A DNA stretch of 64,000 bases from Planctomycetota bacterium (GTDB taxonomy: Bacteria; Planctomycetota; UBA8108; SXIK01), in contig CBDCXR010000004.1 of assembly GCA_965223845.1 (NCBI GenBank), positions 4,416,001 to 4,480,000 on the forward strand, written 5' to 3'. The notes below the pieces were generated by a model. It saw only the letters and a list, made by a program, of their open reading frames with translations, had not been told where the DNA came from and made no database searches. The position numbers were made by a program, and so were the translations under genes. Numbering within the stretch: the first letter of the stretch is position 1; the number at the start of each line of letters is the position of its first letter. Shown piece by piece: positions 37,556-47,329 of this stretch.

Positions 37556-40500
37556 ACGGCGCTTGCAAAAAAGCCAGCAGATCCGCGACGTCCCCGAGCG
37601 AAAGATCTACCTCGAGTCCCTCGGGCATGAACGAAGTCTCACTCGATTCGAGACTCTCGATCGAGCTCCGAAGGAGGACGCGTTCAGTGCCATCGACGAG
37701 TCGAAAGCGAAGACTGTTTCCGGTCTCGCCGGCGACGAGTCCGTGGACGACGTCGCCCGAATCGAGAACCGCAGAGTAAGCGACGTACTGTGGTTCGACC
37801 GCCGCGTTCGGATCGGCGATGGCTGTTAGGAGCGCCGCGGCCGATCGATCGGTGAGCGCGCGAAGATCGGGCCCGATCGCCGTGCCGATATCACCGAGCG
37901 CGTGACACGAGGCGCACTTGGCGGAGAAGACGTCCTTTCCGCGACGAGCGTCACCGCTCAAGTGCACCGCCGGCTCGAGCCAACGGACAGCCTCCTCGCG
38001 GGGCCGGTTCGTCTCTAGCGCGAGAATCCGCTTCGCCTCTTCTGCGACTTTGCCGCCATGAACGGTGAGCAGCCGCTGACGCTCCGCCGCCGAGAACCCC
38101 ATCCGCGGGGCCGTTCCTCGCTCGATCGCCTCGAGAAGAGAGCGTGTCCAATCGGGGCGTGAAAGCAGCGCGTCAAACGCCGCCGCGCGAACGGGAGGAA
38201 CGAAGGAACGCCACGGCCCGATGAGAGCGGTCGCGTCACCGCTGAGTCGGCGGAGACGCCGGATCGCGGCGATCTGCACGTTGGTCGGCTCCGACGTCGC
38301 GAGGATCTTCTCGAGGAATCTTCGCTCGTCGCTCCGATGCGCTTCCCGCCGTCCGAGCAGCGAAACGGCGGCGGCGCGAATTTCGTGCGGACGACTTCGG
38401 TCACGCGCGACCGCTGCTGCGCGCGCGAGCGTCGCGCGACCCGCTTCGAGCAATTCGCCGAAGCTCGCGTGCTCCGCGCTCAGGCGTTCGAGGGCGAGTG
38501 ATTCGGCGGCGAGAGTGTCGAGGAATCGCGCGAACGCATCGAATCGCCACGTCGCGATGCGGTCGTCATCCGACGACTCTCCGCAAACGAGCGGCGAGAG
38601 GAGGCGCGTTACCACGGTGTAGCTCTCTGTCTTGAGCGCGCCGGCGAGTAGCGGTGAGACGAACTCGCGGAAGCTCCCTTCGTCGGCGACGATCGCCTCG
38701 GCGATCGCCTCTTGGTGCGGCAATGCCGAACTCAGAATCGCCGCGCGGATCCAGGGATCGGAGTGGTCGCGTCGCGCGAGCGCGCCGAGTGCCCTTCCCG
38801 CGAGTGGATCCCTCCATTCGCCGAGGGTGTGCGCGAGTTGCAGCCGGAGTGGCGCGTCGTCGCTCGACGCGAGTGACGCGGCGGCGGCGATGACTTCGGG
38901 CACTTCGGCGAGCGGTTCGGCGAGATGCAGTGCGATTCGAGCCACGCGCGGGTGCCGATCGCGGAGCCCCGCGATCACGACTCGGGCATCGAGCGCTCCG
39001 ATACCGGCGAGCGTCGCGAGCGCGTGGATCCTCGCACGCGCGTCTCCGTGTTCGCGGACCATCTGCTCGAGCGGCGATGCGACCGTCGCGTCTCCGATCT
39101 CGACGAGAAGTCGCTGCGCGAGATCGCGCACGATTCCGTTCGAGCTCGCGAGTCGACGGACGAGTTTCGCCGGGGAGTCGTTCGCGAGTATGGGAACGGG
39201 ACGAGGATTCGCGCCCTCCGGCACGACGCGGTAGATTCGACCGCGGTCGTCGCCCGAGCGATAGAACGGACGGAGCTCCTCGCGCCCCACCGGGGGTAGC
39301 CACTCGGGATGCTCGATCATGTAGCGGTACATGTCGACGATCCACAGCGCGCCGTCCGGACCCGTTCGCGCCATCACGGGACGGCACCACCGATCCGTCG
39401 ACGCGAAGAAATCGCGTCCCCCCGGCGGCGTGTCAACGATCGCGTCGAAGCTCGTGCCGTTCCTTGTGAGTACCGCGTGCTGCACGATTCCGTGAAACGG
39501 ATCGCACGTAAAAGCGTGCGTCTCGTCGCTGAACGGAAAGAGAAGATCGTCACGGTAGATGCCCGGCCCACACGCCGACGTAAACCGCGTCGCGTCTTCG
39601 AAGCTGTGATAGCGCTTCTGCGGGAGCTTCGCCGGATAGAGCGTCGGGCTCACCCCGCGAACGTGATTCTTCGCGCCCCGCGCCGCGAAGTAGGGATTCC
39701 GCCCCGAGTAGCGGTCGGAAAGTACGTAGTGCCAGAGCGGCCGGCTGTTCTGCACTCCGAACCAATCGCCCCAGTCGTCGCGAACGCGTCCGAACTGAGA
39801 TGGACCAGACTCGGCCGCGAGCGCGCCCGTCGCCGGGTGAATTCTCAGATCGCGACTCCCGAGGTGGATCTCCTCGCCGGTGGTCTTCGATCGGACGCGC
39901 CGGTCGGCTCCGTAGCCGGCGTGATGTCCACCGCTAGCGCAGTAGATCCAATTGTCGAGGCCCCACCGGAGCCCGTTCACACGCAGCTGTTGATTCCCCG
40001 GTAGGAACCCCGTGTAGAGGACCTTGCGTCGATCCGCCCGCCCGTCGCCGTCCGCGTCCTCGAGATAGAGGATCTCCGGCGCGGCCGTAACGATCACGCC
40101 CTTGCGCCACGCGTGGACGCCGTTCGGAAAGCTGAGCCCGTCGGCGAAGAGCACGGACGAGTCGTACCGGCCATCGCGATCGTGGTCGACGAGCACGCGG
40201 ATTCTCCCGCCCAGTTCGTTTCCGCCCTTCGTTCCGGATGGATAGTCGGCCATCTCGGCGACCCAGACGCGGCCCTCCGCATCCCAATCGATCGCGACGG
40301 GATCGCGGACGAGCGGCTCGGCCGCGACGAGCTCGAGACGAAATCCTTCGCGAATACGCGCAGCGCGGAGTGTCTCCTCAGGCGAGCGCGGCGGCGAACG
40401 GGGAACAGCTGGAGAGTCGGCCGGACCGGAGGAGCCATTGGACGCGAGCCCACTCGCCGCGTAGTGCCGTGCGACTTCTTGCGGCGTGAGCGCACGATCA

Positions 40501-42536
40501 AAGACGGCGACTTCGTCGATCTTTCCTTCGAGACTCGGAGCGTCCGAGTGCCCGCCTCCGACGAGGACCAGAGGATTGGCAACGACTCCGAGACTGAATT
40601 CACCGTCGATCTCGAGCTTGCCGTTCAGAAACACGCGAACCCGTTCCCGCTCGCGCGTCACCGCGACGTGGTTCCAGTTGCGACCGAAGCTCGTTTTCCC
40701 CTCGAGCGTCCCGAACGCGAGTCGAGTCGTGTTCGGTTCATCGCCCGCGACCATAGTCAAGACGTCCGTCCCGCGGGCGAAGATCGTCCCGCGAACGGGA
40801 CGCGCATCGCGGCGGACTCCGTTCCAAAACCAAAGCTCGACGGAATAGTCGGTGTCGATTTCGAGTCCAGCCGCGCGAAGGTACCCGCCGGCGAGGTGTA
40901 GCGCTCGGTTCTCGCGCTCGAGCGAGAACGCTTGCGAAACCGGTCCGGGAAGATGGAACGCTACCCGCGGCACGACGGTTCCGTTGCGACCGTTTCCGCT
41001 CGAATCCGCGACCGAGGGGCCGCGGAATTCCTCGAAGCGCCAGTACGCCAGTGGCTTTGACGCGAGAACCGCAGCTGGATACGCGCCGTGGACGAGCGGC
41101 GGCTCTCGGCGCTTCTCGCCGCTCACCTCTTCGAGCAGTTCGAGCACCACCCCGATGATCTTCGGTTCGGCTTCCACCTCGAGGCCAGCGGTGCGCGCGG
41201 GCCACGTCGTGTAGCCACCGAGCGCGTGCTGCTCGGGCGGCGGAATGTAACCCGCGGCGCCGTTCGAGAGCGACAAGTTGACCGTCGGCTGAAGGGGACT
41301 TCGCGCCTTCAGCTCAAGCCCCGTGAGTGCGTACACCTCGCAAGGGATCGCCGTGAATCCGAGTCCGCCGATCCGGACCGCCTGGAGGACGACTTCCTCC
41401 GTCGGGTTCTCATCGATGAAAAACGCCTGCTCCGCGTACACCTCGGGACGATTCCGCGGTCGCGCGGATCGATCGGGGAAGAGCTTCTTTGCCCACGCGA
41501 GCCGTTCCGGGCTCGGGAGGCGCCGCCCGAGCGTGATACGTTTCTCCGCCATCGCGAGCGGAACGTCGCGCGAGTAACGCATCGTACTCGCCGCATCGAG
41601 CGCGATGCGGACGAGCTGGTTCGTGTATTCGTCGATTCCGATCGAATCCGCCGGCCGGCTGTAGTCGCCGCGCCAAAGATCGCCACTCGTTCCTTGAGAC
41701 AAGATCCCGACGAACTCGTCGTCCCCCGGCGCGAGCTCCGCCGCAACCTTCTGCGCGAAGCGACCGAAGAAGTCGGGTGAGAATCCTCCCCCGAACCCGA
41801 AGTAGTGCATCGAGTAATTGCCGAGGAACGCGATCGGCTCACCCTCGAGACTGCGGACCGCGAGGATCGAGAGCGCCGGATCCTCGGGACCGGACGGGCC
41901 GACGTAATCGGGATTCTGGTAGCCCGGGTGCATCATCGCGCGAATCGTCCGCTCGCCGAAGGGGTCGACGTCCGGCCGGTCGACCCGGCGAATCCAGCGC
42001 CGGCAAGCGGTGTGATCGGGTGCCTGTGCGACGGTGTAGCCGAGCTCCGCCGGCTGCTCCCTCTTCGATGCGAGAACGATGGCTTCGGCGATCTTCGGCG
42101 GCAGGAACTTCGTGTACGCGGGATCGGCGCGCGATCCGAGACAGTAGTTCATCGCGCTCGGAGCGGTGTGCGTGTGCGTCGCTGAAATCAGGATCCGATC
42201 CCGCGGCATCCCGATCTCCCGTTCGACGCGCGCCTTGACGTCGTCGCAGAGCGTCCGCGGAACCATACACGTGTCGACGATGGCGATCGCGATGCGTTCG
42301 TCGCCGCGGCGGAGAGAGATCGCGCGCGTATAGAGAGGTTCCGCAACGCGATCGGCGGAGCGTTCGAGAAACCCGCCGTTCTGGATCGCGGGGAGAGTCG
42401 TCGGGGAGATGTCGACGGCGGCCGCGCCGGCGTAGAGGGGTAGCTTCCGAGACTCGGGTGACTCGTCCTCGGGCACAGCGACGGCAGGAAGCGTCGTCAC
42501 GGCGAAAATGAGAATCTCGGCGCCTGGAAGTCGCAC
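37554..42536 (-). CDS. PVC-type heme-binding membrane dehydrogenase-like protein with N-terminal neutral-ceramidase-like and LamG domains
   Basis: ISATHTHTAP, NYSMHY, GYIPP...GGY (ceramidase-like); PLAYWRFEE, WNHVAVT, GKIDEVAVF (LamG); LVAAEPLVRDPVAIDW..WVAEM.DYP, GPDGALWIVDMYR; HEAT-like repeats; CASCH, IGPDL, SFMPEG. Confidence 0.87.
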   Translation of the reverse strand: MRLPGAEILIFAVTTLPAVAVPEDESPESRKLPLYAGAAAVDISPTTLPAIQNGGFLERSADRVAEPLYTRAISLRRGDERIAIAIVDTCMVPRTLCDDVKARVEREIGMPRDRILISATHTHTAPSAMNYCLGSRADPAYTKFLPPKIAEAIVLASKREQPAELGYTVAQAPDHTACRRWIRRVDRPDVDPFGERTIRAMMHPGYQNPDYVGPSGPEDPALSILAVRSLEGEPIAFLGNYSMHYFGFGGGFSPDFFGRFAQKVAAELAPGDDEFVGILSQGTSGDLWRGDYSRPADSIGIDEYTNQLVRIALDAASTMRYSRDVPLAMAEKRITLGRRLPSPERLAWAKKLFPDRSARPRNRPEVYAEQAFFIDENPTEEVVLQAVRIGGLGFTAIPCEVYALTGLELKARSPLQPTVNLSLSNGAAGYIPPPEQHALGGYTTWPARTAGLEVEAEPKIIGVVLELLEEVSGEKRREPPLVHGAYPAAVLASKPLAYWRFEEFRGPSVADSSGNGRNGTVVPRVAFHLPGPVSQAFSLERENRALHLAGGYLRAAGLEIDTDYSVELWFWNGVRRDARPVRGTIFARGTDVLTMVAGDEPNTTRLAFGTLEGKTSFGRNWNHVAVTRERERVRVFLNGKLEIDGEFSLGVVANPLVLVGGGHSDAPSLEGKIDEVAVFDRALTPQEVARHYAASGLASNGSSGPADSPAVPRSPPRSPEETLRAARIREGFRLELVAAEPLVRDPVAIDWDAEGRVWVAEMADYPSGTKGGNELGGRIRVLVDHDRDGRYDSSVLFADGLSFPNGVHAWRKGVIVTAAPEILYLEDADGDGRADRRKVLYTGFLPGNQQLRVNGLRWGLDNWIYCASGGHHAGYGADRRVRSKTTGEEIHLGSRDLRIHPATGALAAESGPSQFGRVRDDWGDWFGVQNSRPLWHYVLSDRYSGRNPYFAARGAKNHVRGVSPTLYPAKLPQKRYHSFEDATRFTSACGPGIYRDDLLFPFSDETHAFTCDPFHGIVQHAVLTRNGTSFDAIVDTPPGGRDFFASTDRWCRPVMARTGPDGALWIVDMYRYMIEHPEWLPPVGREELRPFYRSGDDRGRIYRVVPEGANPRPVPILANDSPAKLVRRLASSNGIVRDLAQRLLVEIGDATVASPLEQMVREHGDARARIHALATLAGIGALDARVVIAGLRDRHPRVARIALHLAEPLAEVPEVIAAAASLASSDDAPLRLQLAHTLGEWRDPLAGRALGALARRDHSDPWIRAAILSSALPHQEAIAEAIVADEGSFREFVSPLLAGALKTESYTVVTRLLSPLVCGESSDDDRIATWRFDAFARFLDTLAAESLALERLSAEHASFGELLEAGRATLARAAAVARDRSRPHEIRAAAVSLLGRREAHRSDERRFLEKILATSEPTNVQIAAIRRLRRLSGDATALIGPWRSFVPPVRAAAFDALLSRPDWTRSLLEAIERGTAPRMGFSAAERQRLLTVHGGKVAEEAKRILALETNRPREEAVRWLEPAVHLSGDARRGKDVFSAKCASCHALGDIGTAIGPDLRALTDRSAAALLTAIADPNAAVEPQYVAYSAVLDSGDVVHGLVAGETGNSLRFRLVDGTERVLLRSSIESLESSETSFMPEGLEVDLSLGDVADLLAFLQAP

Positions 42537-42947
42537 GCAGAATCCTCCGCGATCGGGACCATGAAGTTCGCGCCCGGGAGACCTCGCGCTCGGCGCGTTC
42601 GATGCAGTCTACTCGATCCCGGCGTCCCCACGAAGCTGCGGGCGGGCGTCGGCGGGCATCCATTCGACGCCAAGGCGCGAATGCGATTGAGCCAGCGCGA
42701 ACTGCTCGAGAATCTTGCGGGGCTTATCGAAGGGGAGTAGGAGAGCCGCGGCGATTCGACTCCGCGGCGTTCACGTGGACATCGAAGCCGCCGTGGTTCG
42801 AGCGGGTTCTTGCAACCGAGTCGGCACCGTCCTCGTCCTTCGTGATGTCGAGCTCGAGAGCGCGGCACCAAGAAGCGGCGAGAGGCGATTCGAAGCGACT
42901 GTTCCGTTCCCGAAGAATCACGGTCCAATCGAACCGCCCGAGACCAC

Positions 42948-43423
42948 ATGAAATCGACGACGTCATTCGTCCCGAAGTTGTGTCTGGCGGCGATCGCCAA
43001 GGCTCTGTTGATCAGCCTTCTCACTGTAATCGCGATCACCGCACTCGAGGTCCTCTGGAGCGGGCTGCCCCCGCACCACAAATCGACCTCGATCTGTCTT
43101 CGCTGCGGTCTCGTCCGCGACATCGATTCCGCGCGAAGCCCCCGAGATCGCTACGAGAAAACTGCAATTTCACGATGGGTCGACACTCACGTGGCGAATC
43201 CGCACGAACATCGGTGGAGGGAGCGCCATTCGAGCTTCACCAGTTCGGCCTGGTTTCGACGATCGGCGTTCGACATAACTGGCTCGACGAACCGTTCTAC
43301 GACGAAATCGACATCGTCCGCTGCCTCGAAGTGCTGAGGGCTCATGACCTTCACATCGAGTGCCTTCGACTGTTCACCAACGAAGACCACGAAACCCGCG
43401 AGCAAGCTTGGAACATGGTCTAG
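42948..43423 (+). pseudogene. Probable frameshifted membrane-anchored CxxC/HxH protein (or a 129-aa CDS ending at 43337)
   Basis: TM helix, CLRCG, HEHRW, then the frame degrades to Ser/Thr-rich sequence, while the -1 frame reads HQFGLVSTIG...EIDIVRCLEVL...REQAWNMV to the stop at 43423. Confidence 0.45.
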
Positions 43424-43680
43424 GCGTTGATCGGGGATTCTCCGCCTCCGGACATTCCCGCGTGGTGGCGGGAGTTTCGAGAGTCCTTTCGCCCCGCGTA
43501 TTTTCCCGTTGCGAAGAAGCCCACCGAGGTTCGGGGGTAAGACGGCTCAACTCGCGTTCGTCCGGCCTGCACAGGCTCCGCACGAAACCGCGGCCAGGAT
43601 CCGGAAGGGCGGTGCGAGAGACTCTCTCCGTCGCTATGATTCAAGCCGACGCAATCGGAACGAATCGAAAGGGCAACGCC

Positions 43681-44259
43681 GTGGACGTTCTTCTCGTCGG
43701 TTACGGAACTCTCCTCCACCGAGGATCGCTCGGCCAGTCGATCGGCGGTGAGGCTGCGGACGAGAAAGACATCCTTCCCGTGCGGATCCGTGACTACCGG
43801 CGAGTGTTCAATCTCCGTCCGACGCACTACCCGTCGAGTTTCAAGCTTTCGGGTGAGGGGATCGAGAACGCCGCGATGAATGTCGAGGTATCACCGGGCG
43901 CCTTCTTCAACGCGCTCGCGTTCAAGGTGACGAGCTCCGAGCTGGACATTTTGGACGAGCGCGAGCGATACTACGAGCGTCACGTCGTGCCACTCTTCGA
44001 CTTCGGGACGGACGCTCCGATCGGCGAAGGGCACGTCTACTCCTCGGCACCGGAGGCGCGGTGGATCGAACGCGATCCGCAACGTCTCCTGCCTCTGTGG
44101 CGAGACATCGTTTGGGCGCGGACCGGTGCCTACGGGGTCGGAGAGAAGTTCGGACGAGAGTACGACGCAACGACGTATCTCGCCGATGGGCGGACACTGA
44201 TGGTCGATCGCTACCGACACGTCCTCGATCAGACGGACGACGTCGAACCACCGAGATAG
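43681..44259 (+). CDS. Gamma-glutamylcyclotransferase (GGCT/AIG2-like) family protein
   Basis: VGYGTLL, DYRRVFN and LDERERYYER motifs; GTG start after GAAAGGG. Confidence 0.8.
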   Translation: MDVLLVGYGTLLHRGSLGQSIGGEAADEKDILPVRIRDYRRVFNLRPTHYPSSFKLSGEGIENAAMNVEVSPGAFFNALAFKVTSSELDILDERERYYERHVVPLFDFGTDAPIGEGHVYSSAPEARWIERDPQRLLPLWRDIVWARTGAYGVGEKFGREYDATTYLADGRTLMVDRYRHVLDQTDDVEPPR

Positions 44260-44314
44260 TTCGTTCCTCGGGCCGTGGCGCTAAGAGGGCATCGGGCATG
44301 ACTGGGAGGGGGCC

Positions 44315-47300
44315 GTGACTCACCAAGGGCGGTTCGCGCAGCGCGAAACAAAACCTCGCGTCTTCATCAACTTCGCGTCGGAGGATCTCGAGACGGCGTC
44401 GTGGCTTTACGACCGTCTCGTCGAGGCGGACTGCGTCGTCTGGCTGGATCGGGCGGACATCCGGCCCGGAGATCTGTGGAGGAATGCCACCCTCCACGGG
44501 CTCATGAAGTACCGGATCATGCTCAGCATCGTCACGCCGAGATCTCTACGCCCGGCCCCGGACCGTCCGTGGGTTCCGTATGAGCGAGAGCAAGCGAACC
44601 GATTGTTTCGCGTCATGATTCCGCTCGTGTTCGAGGGCGATGCCTCGAAGCTCTTTTTCGGACTCGAAGAACAGGCGATCGATTTTCGCGAAGATCGCGA
44701 GCGAGCGTTTGGTGAGCTGTTGATCGAGATCGAGAAGCGCTCGTTTCGGGATGGACCGGAACTGCCCCTCGATCCGACACCCATTCGCGAAGACTTCGTC
44801 GGTCGTGAGCGCGAGCTCAGGCGAATCTACGAACAGATGCGTTGGGACGGACCCGAGCAGGGACGGGATACGACTGGCGCCGCGGGCGAGATCAAGACGA
44901 CTCGTTCCCCGATCGCCATTCAGGGAATGGGAGGGCAGGGAAAGACGATGGTCGCCGACGAGCTCGTGCGTCGGTTGAGAGTCCACTTTCCCGGCGGGGT
45001 CATCGTCGACCGCGGAGGAAGCCACTCCCCGTCGGCGGAGAACGTGCTCCGCCAGTGGGCGCGAGCGGCTTTGGGTCGTCCCCCGCCCGAAAACGGAATC
45101 AAGCCCGAAGAGCTGCGCTATCTCCTTCGAAAAAAGTACGGGGCGCTGCTCGTTCTCCTCGACGATGTGGCGGCGCACGAATTCGAACGCGCAGCGACGC
45201 TCCTTCGAGCTCTGCCGGATGATGCCGTTATTCTCATCACGACTCGTTCTCGGGCGATCGCGAGTGCACCAGGAATCCGGGCTCGTCTCTATCGCCTCGG
45301 ACGTCTGAGCGCAGGCGATGCAAAAGAACTCTGGGATGCTCAGATCCAACGCCGGAACGGAGATCGCGATCCCGGCGTCGCGGACGAGTCACTCCTCAAG
45401 CGTCTCATTGAGCTCGTGGACGGGCACCCACTGTCTCTCGACCTCATCGCCGGGCTCTGCGGGCACAATTCCCGTCTGCCGCGGCAAGTCGAAGAGCTCG
45501 AGGAGGCACTTCGCGAAGGCGATTTGGCGATCATCAGTGACGACGATGTCGATGTCGACCCCGGATCCGATCTGCGCTTCGATTCCTCACTCGACGACAT
45601 CCCGAGCGAAGAACGCGACAAGTACCGGAGCGTACAGGTGTGCTTTCGCTTGAGCTTGCGGGGATTGGCGGCGCGCGACCGTCGACGCGGTGACGACTGT
45701 GTGCGTCGATTTCGCGCCCTCGGCATCTTTCCGAGCGGGAGCTACGTATCCGAGGAGCTCGTTCTCGGCGTGTGGGGCGATGATCGCCGCACCGGACGAA
45801 AGGGTCGTCGCGCGCTGCGGGTCCTCGAAGAGCGGGAGCTTCTCCGATTCGACCCGGATCGGAATCTGTATTGGAATCATCCCCTCCTTCTTTCGTACGC
45901 TCGCGGCTTCTTGAAGCAGATCCCCATGGAATTCGAATCAACGGGTGAACGCTACGTCAAGCAAGTCACTGCGGTGGCGACCGAAGAGTTCGCGCGCCCC
46001 CCCACCGAGTGGCAGAACATCGAAGCGGTCTATTCGCCGCACCTTCATCGCGCGGGCAGCGAGCTGCGGGATTCGATCGCGGCGAAAACGAAAGACCTCG
46101 CATCGCTCTCGCAACCGCAGCGACCGACTCAGATCGCCGAACCGAGCGCGGAAGTCCGGCCTTCGCTGGAGCGCGGCGTCGCATTCGCTGCGGCGGTCCG
46201 ACCCTACGTCGATCTTCGGCGCGAGCTCGCGGAGGAAGGGCGCGATTGGCTCGAGTTGGGACTCGCCTGCGCACGATCGCTGAACGACGTCGAACATGCA
46301 CTTCTCTTCATGCGCTCGCTCGGAGCGTGGTACCAAAACCGCGATCGCGTGGAGAACAGCAAATCTACGGCGGAAGCCTACCTTCGGGAAGGGATTCGGT
46401 CAGCGACCGAAGTCGGTGACCGCGCTCAACAATCCGCGTTCTCGAGCCTGCTCGGTGAGCTTTTCCGCACGATCGGACGCGAAGACGACGCGATCGCGAA
46501 CTTCGAATCCGCCCTAGAGATCCAGGAATCGTTGGCGGATCAAACCCACGAGGCATTGACGTTGTCGCGACTCGGAGAGACCTACTGGCGGATGGGTGAG
46601 CTCGAGGTCGCGCTCAGATACCAGCAGCGCGCGCTCGCCATCTACCAGAGAACGAACGATCCGTCGGGCGAGGGAGACATCCTGAATAAGATCGGATCGG
46701 TCCATTTCAACAAGGGCGAGCATCGCGAGGCGATCCGCTACTTCGAGCAGGCGCTGAAACTCCACCGTGAGGTGGGCAATCAAAGCATGCAAGCCGAAGA
46801 CTACAACGATATGGGCGCGGCGTACCGCTATCTCAAGGATCCAAAACGCGCTCGACCGAATCTTCTCAAGGCCAAGCAGATCCACGAACGTCTCGGTCAC
46901 GGTCGGCTGCTCAGCATGACCCTCGCGAATCTCGCCGGTGTCGATCTTCTCGAGGAAAACTACGGCGAGGCTCTCGAGAAGGCGGAGGAAGCGGCAACGA
47001 TCGCACGCCAAGTCGATGCCGCCGTCCCGGAGGCCTGGGCCCTCAACTATCAGGGCATCAGTCAACGCGGACTCGGAAAGTTCGATGTCGCGCGAAGTGC
47101 ATTCGAGGCGGCGCTCGAAGTGAGTCGCACCGGCTCGAATGCGCGCGAAATCGCCGGATCGTCGGGAAACCTTGGAGAACTGCTCTGCACTGAGTTCGGC
47201 GAGACGGGTGAAGGGGTTCGGTACCTCAAGGAAGGGCTCGACGAGCTCAAGCGGAGGAATCTCGACCAAGCTTTCGGTGGCCGACGCGTCGCCGAGTTCG

Positions 47301-47329
47301 AAGCTCTGATCGAGCAGTACGACCGGTGA
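44315..47329 (+). CDS. TIR-NB-ARC (STAND NTPase)-TPR protein, NLR-like
   Basis: TIR: VFINFASED...VWLD...WVPYE...MIPLV. FVGRERE; Walker A GMGGQGKT (44924-44947); Walker B LLVLLDDV; ILITTR; GHPLSL; HPLL; about 8 C-terminal TPRs. RBS GGAGG before the GTG. Confidence 0.9.
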   Translation: MTHQGRFAQRETKPRVFINFASEDLETASWLYDRLVEADCVVWLDRADIRPGDLWRNATLHGLMKYRIMLSIVTPRSLRPAPDRPWVPYEREQANRLFRVMIPLVFEGDASKLFFGLEEQAIDFREDRERAFGELLIEIEKRSFRDGPELPLDPTPIREDFVGRERELRRIYEQMRWDGPEQGRDTTGAAGEIKTTRSPIAIQGMGGQGKTMVADELVRRLRVHFPGGVIVDRGGSHSPSAENVLRQWARAALGRPPPENGIKPEELRYLLRKKYGALLVLLDDVAAHEFERAATLLRALPDDAVILITTRSRAIASAPGIRARLYRLGRLSAGDAKELWDAQIQRRNGDRDPGVADESLLKRLIELVDGHPLSLDLIAGLCGHNSRLPRQVEELEEALREGDLAIISDDDVDVDPGSDLRFDSSLDDIPSEERDKYRSVQVCFRLSLRGLAARDRRRGDDCVRRFRALGIFPSGSYVSEELVLGVWGDDRRTGRKGRRALRVLEERELLRFDPDRNLYWNHPLLLSYARGFLKQIPMEFESTGERYVKQVTAVATEEFARPPTEWQNIEAVYSPHLHRAGSELRDSIAAKTKDLASLSQPQRPTQIAEPSAEVRPSLERGVAFAAAVRPYVDLRRELAEEGRDWLELGLACARSLNDVEHALLFMRSLGAWYQNRDRVENSKSTAEAYLREGIRSATEVGDRAQQSAFSSLLGELFRTIGREDDAIANFESALEIQESLADQTHEALTLSRLGETYWRMGELEVALRYQQRALAIYQRTNDPSGEGDILNKIGSVHFNKGEHREAIRYFEQALKLHREVGNQSMQAEDYNDMGAAYRYLKDPKRARPNLLKAKQIHERLGHGRLLSMTLANLAGVDLLEENYGEALEKAEEAATIARQVDAAVPEAWALNYQGISQRGLGKFDVARSAFEAALEVSRTGSNAREIAGSSGNLGELLCTEFGETGEGVRYLKEGLDELKRRNLDQAFGGRRVAEFEALIEQYDR

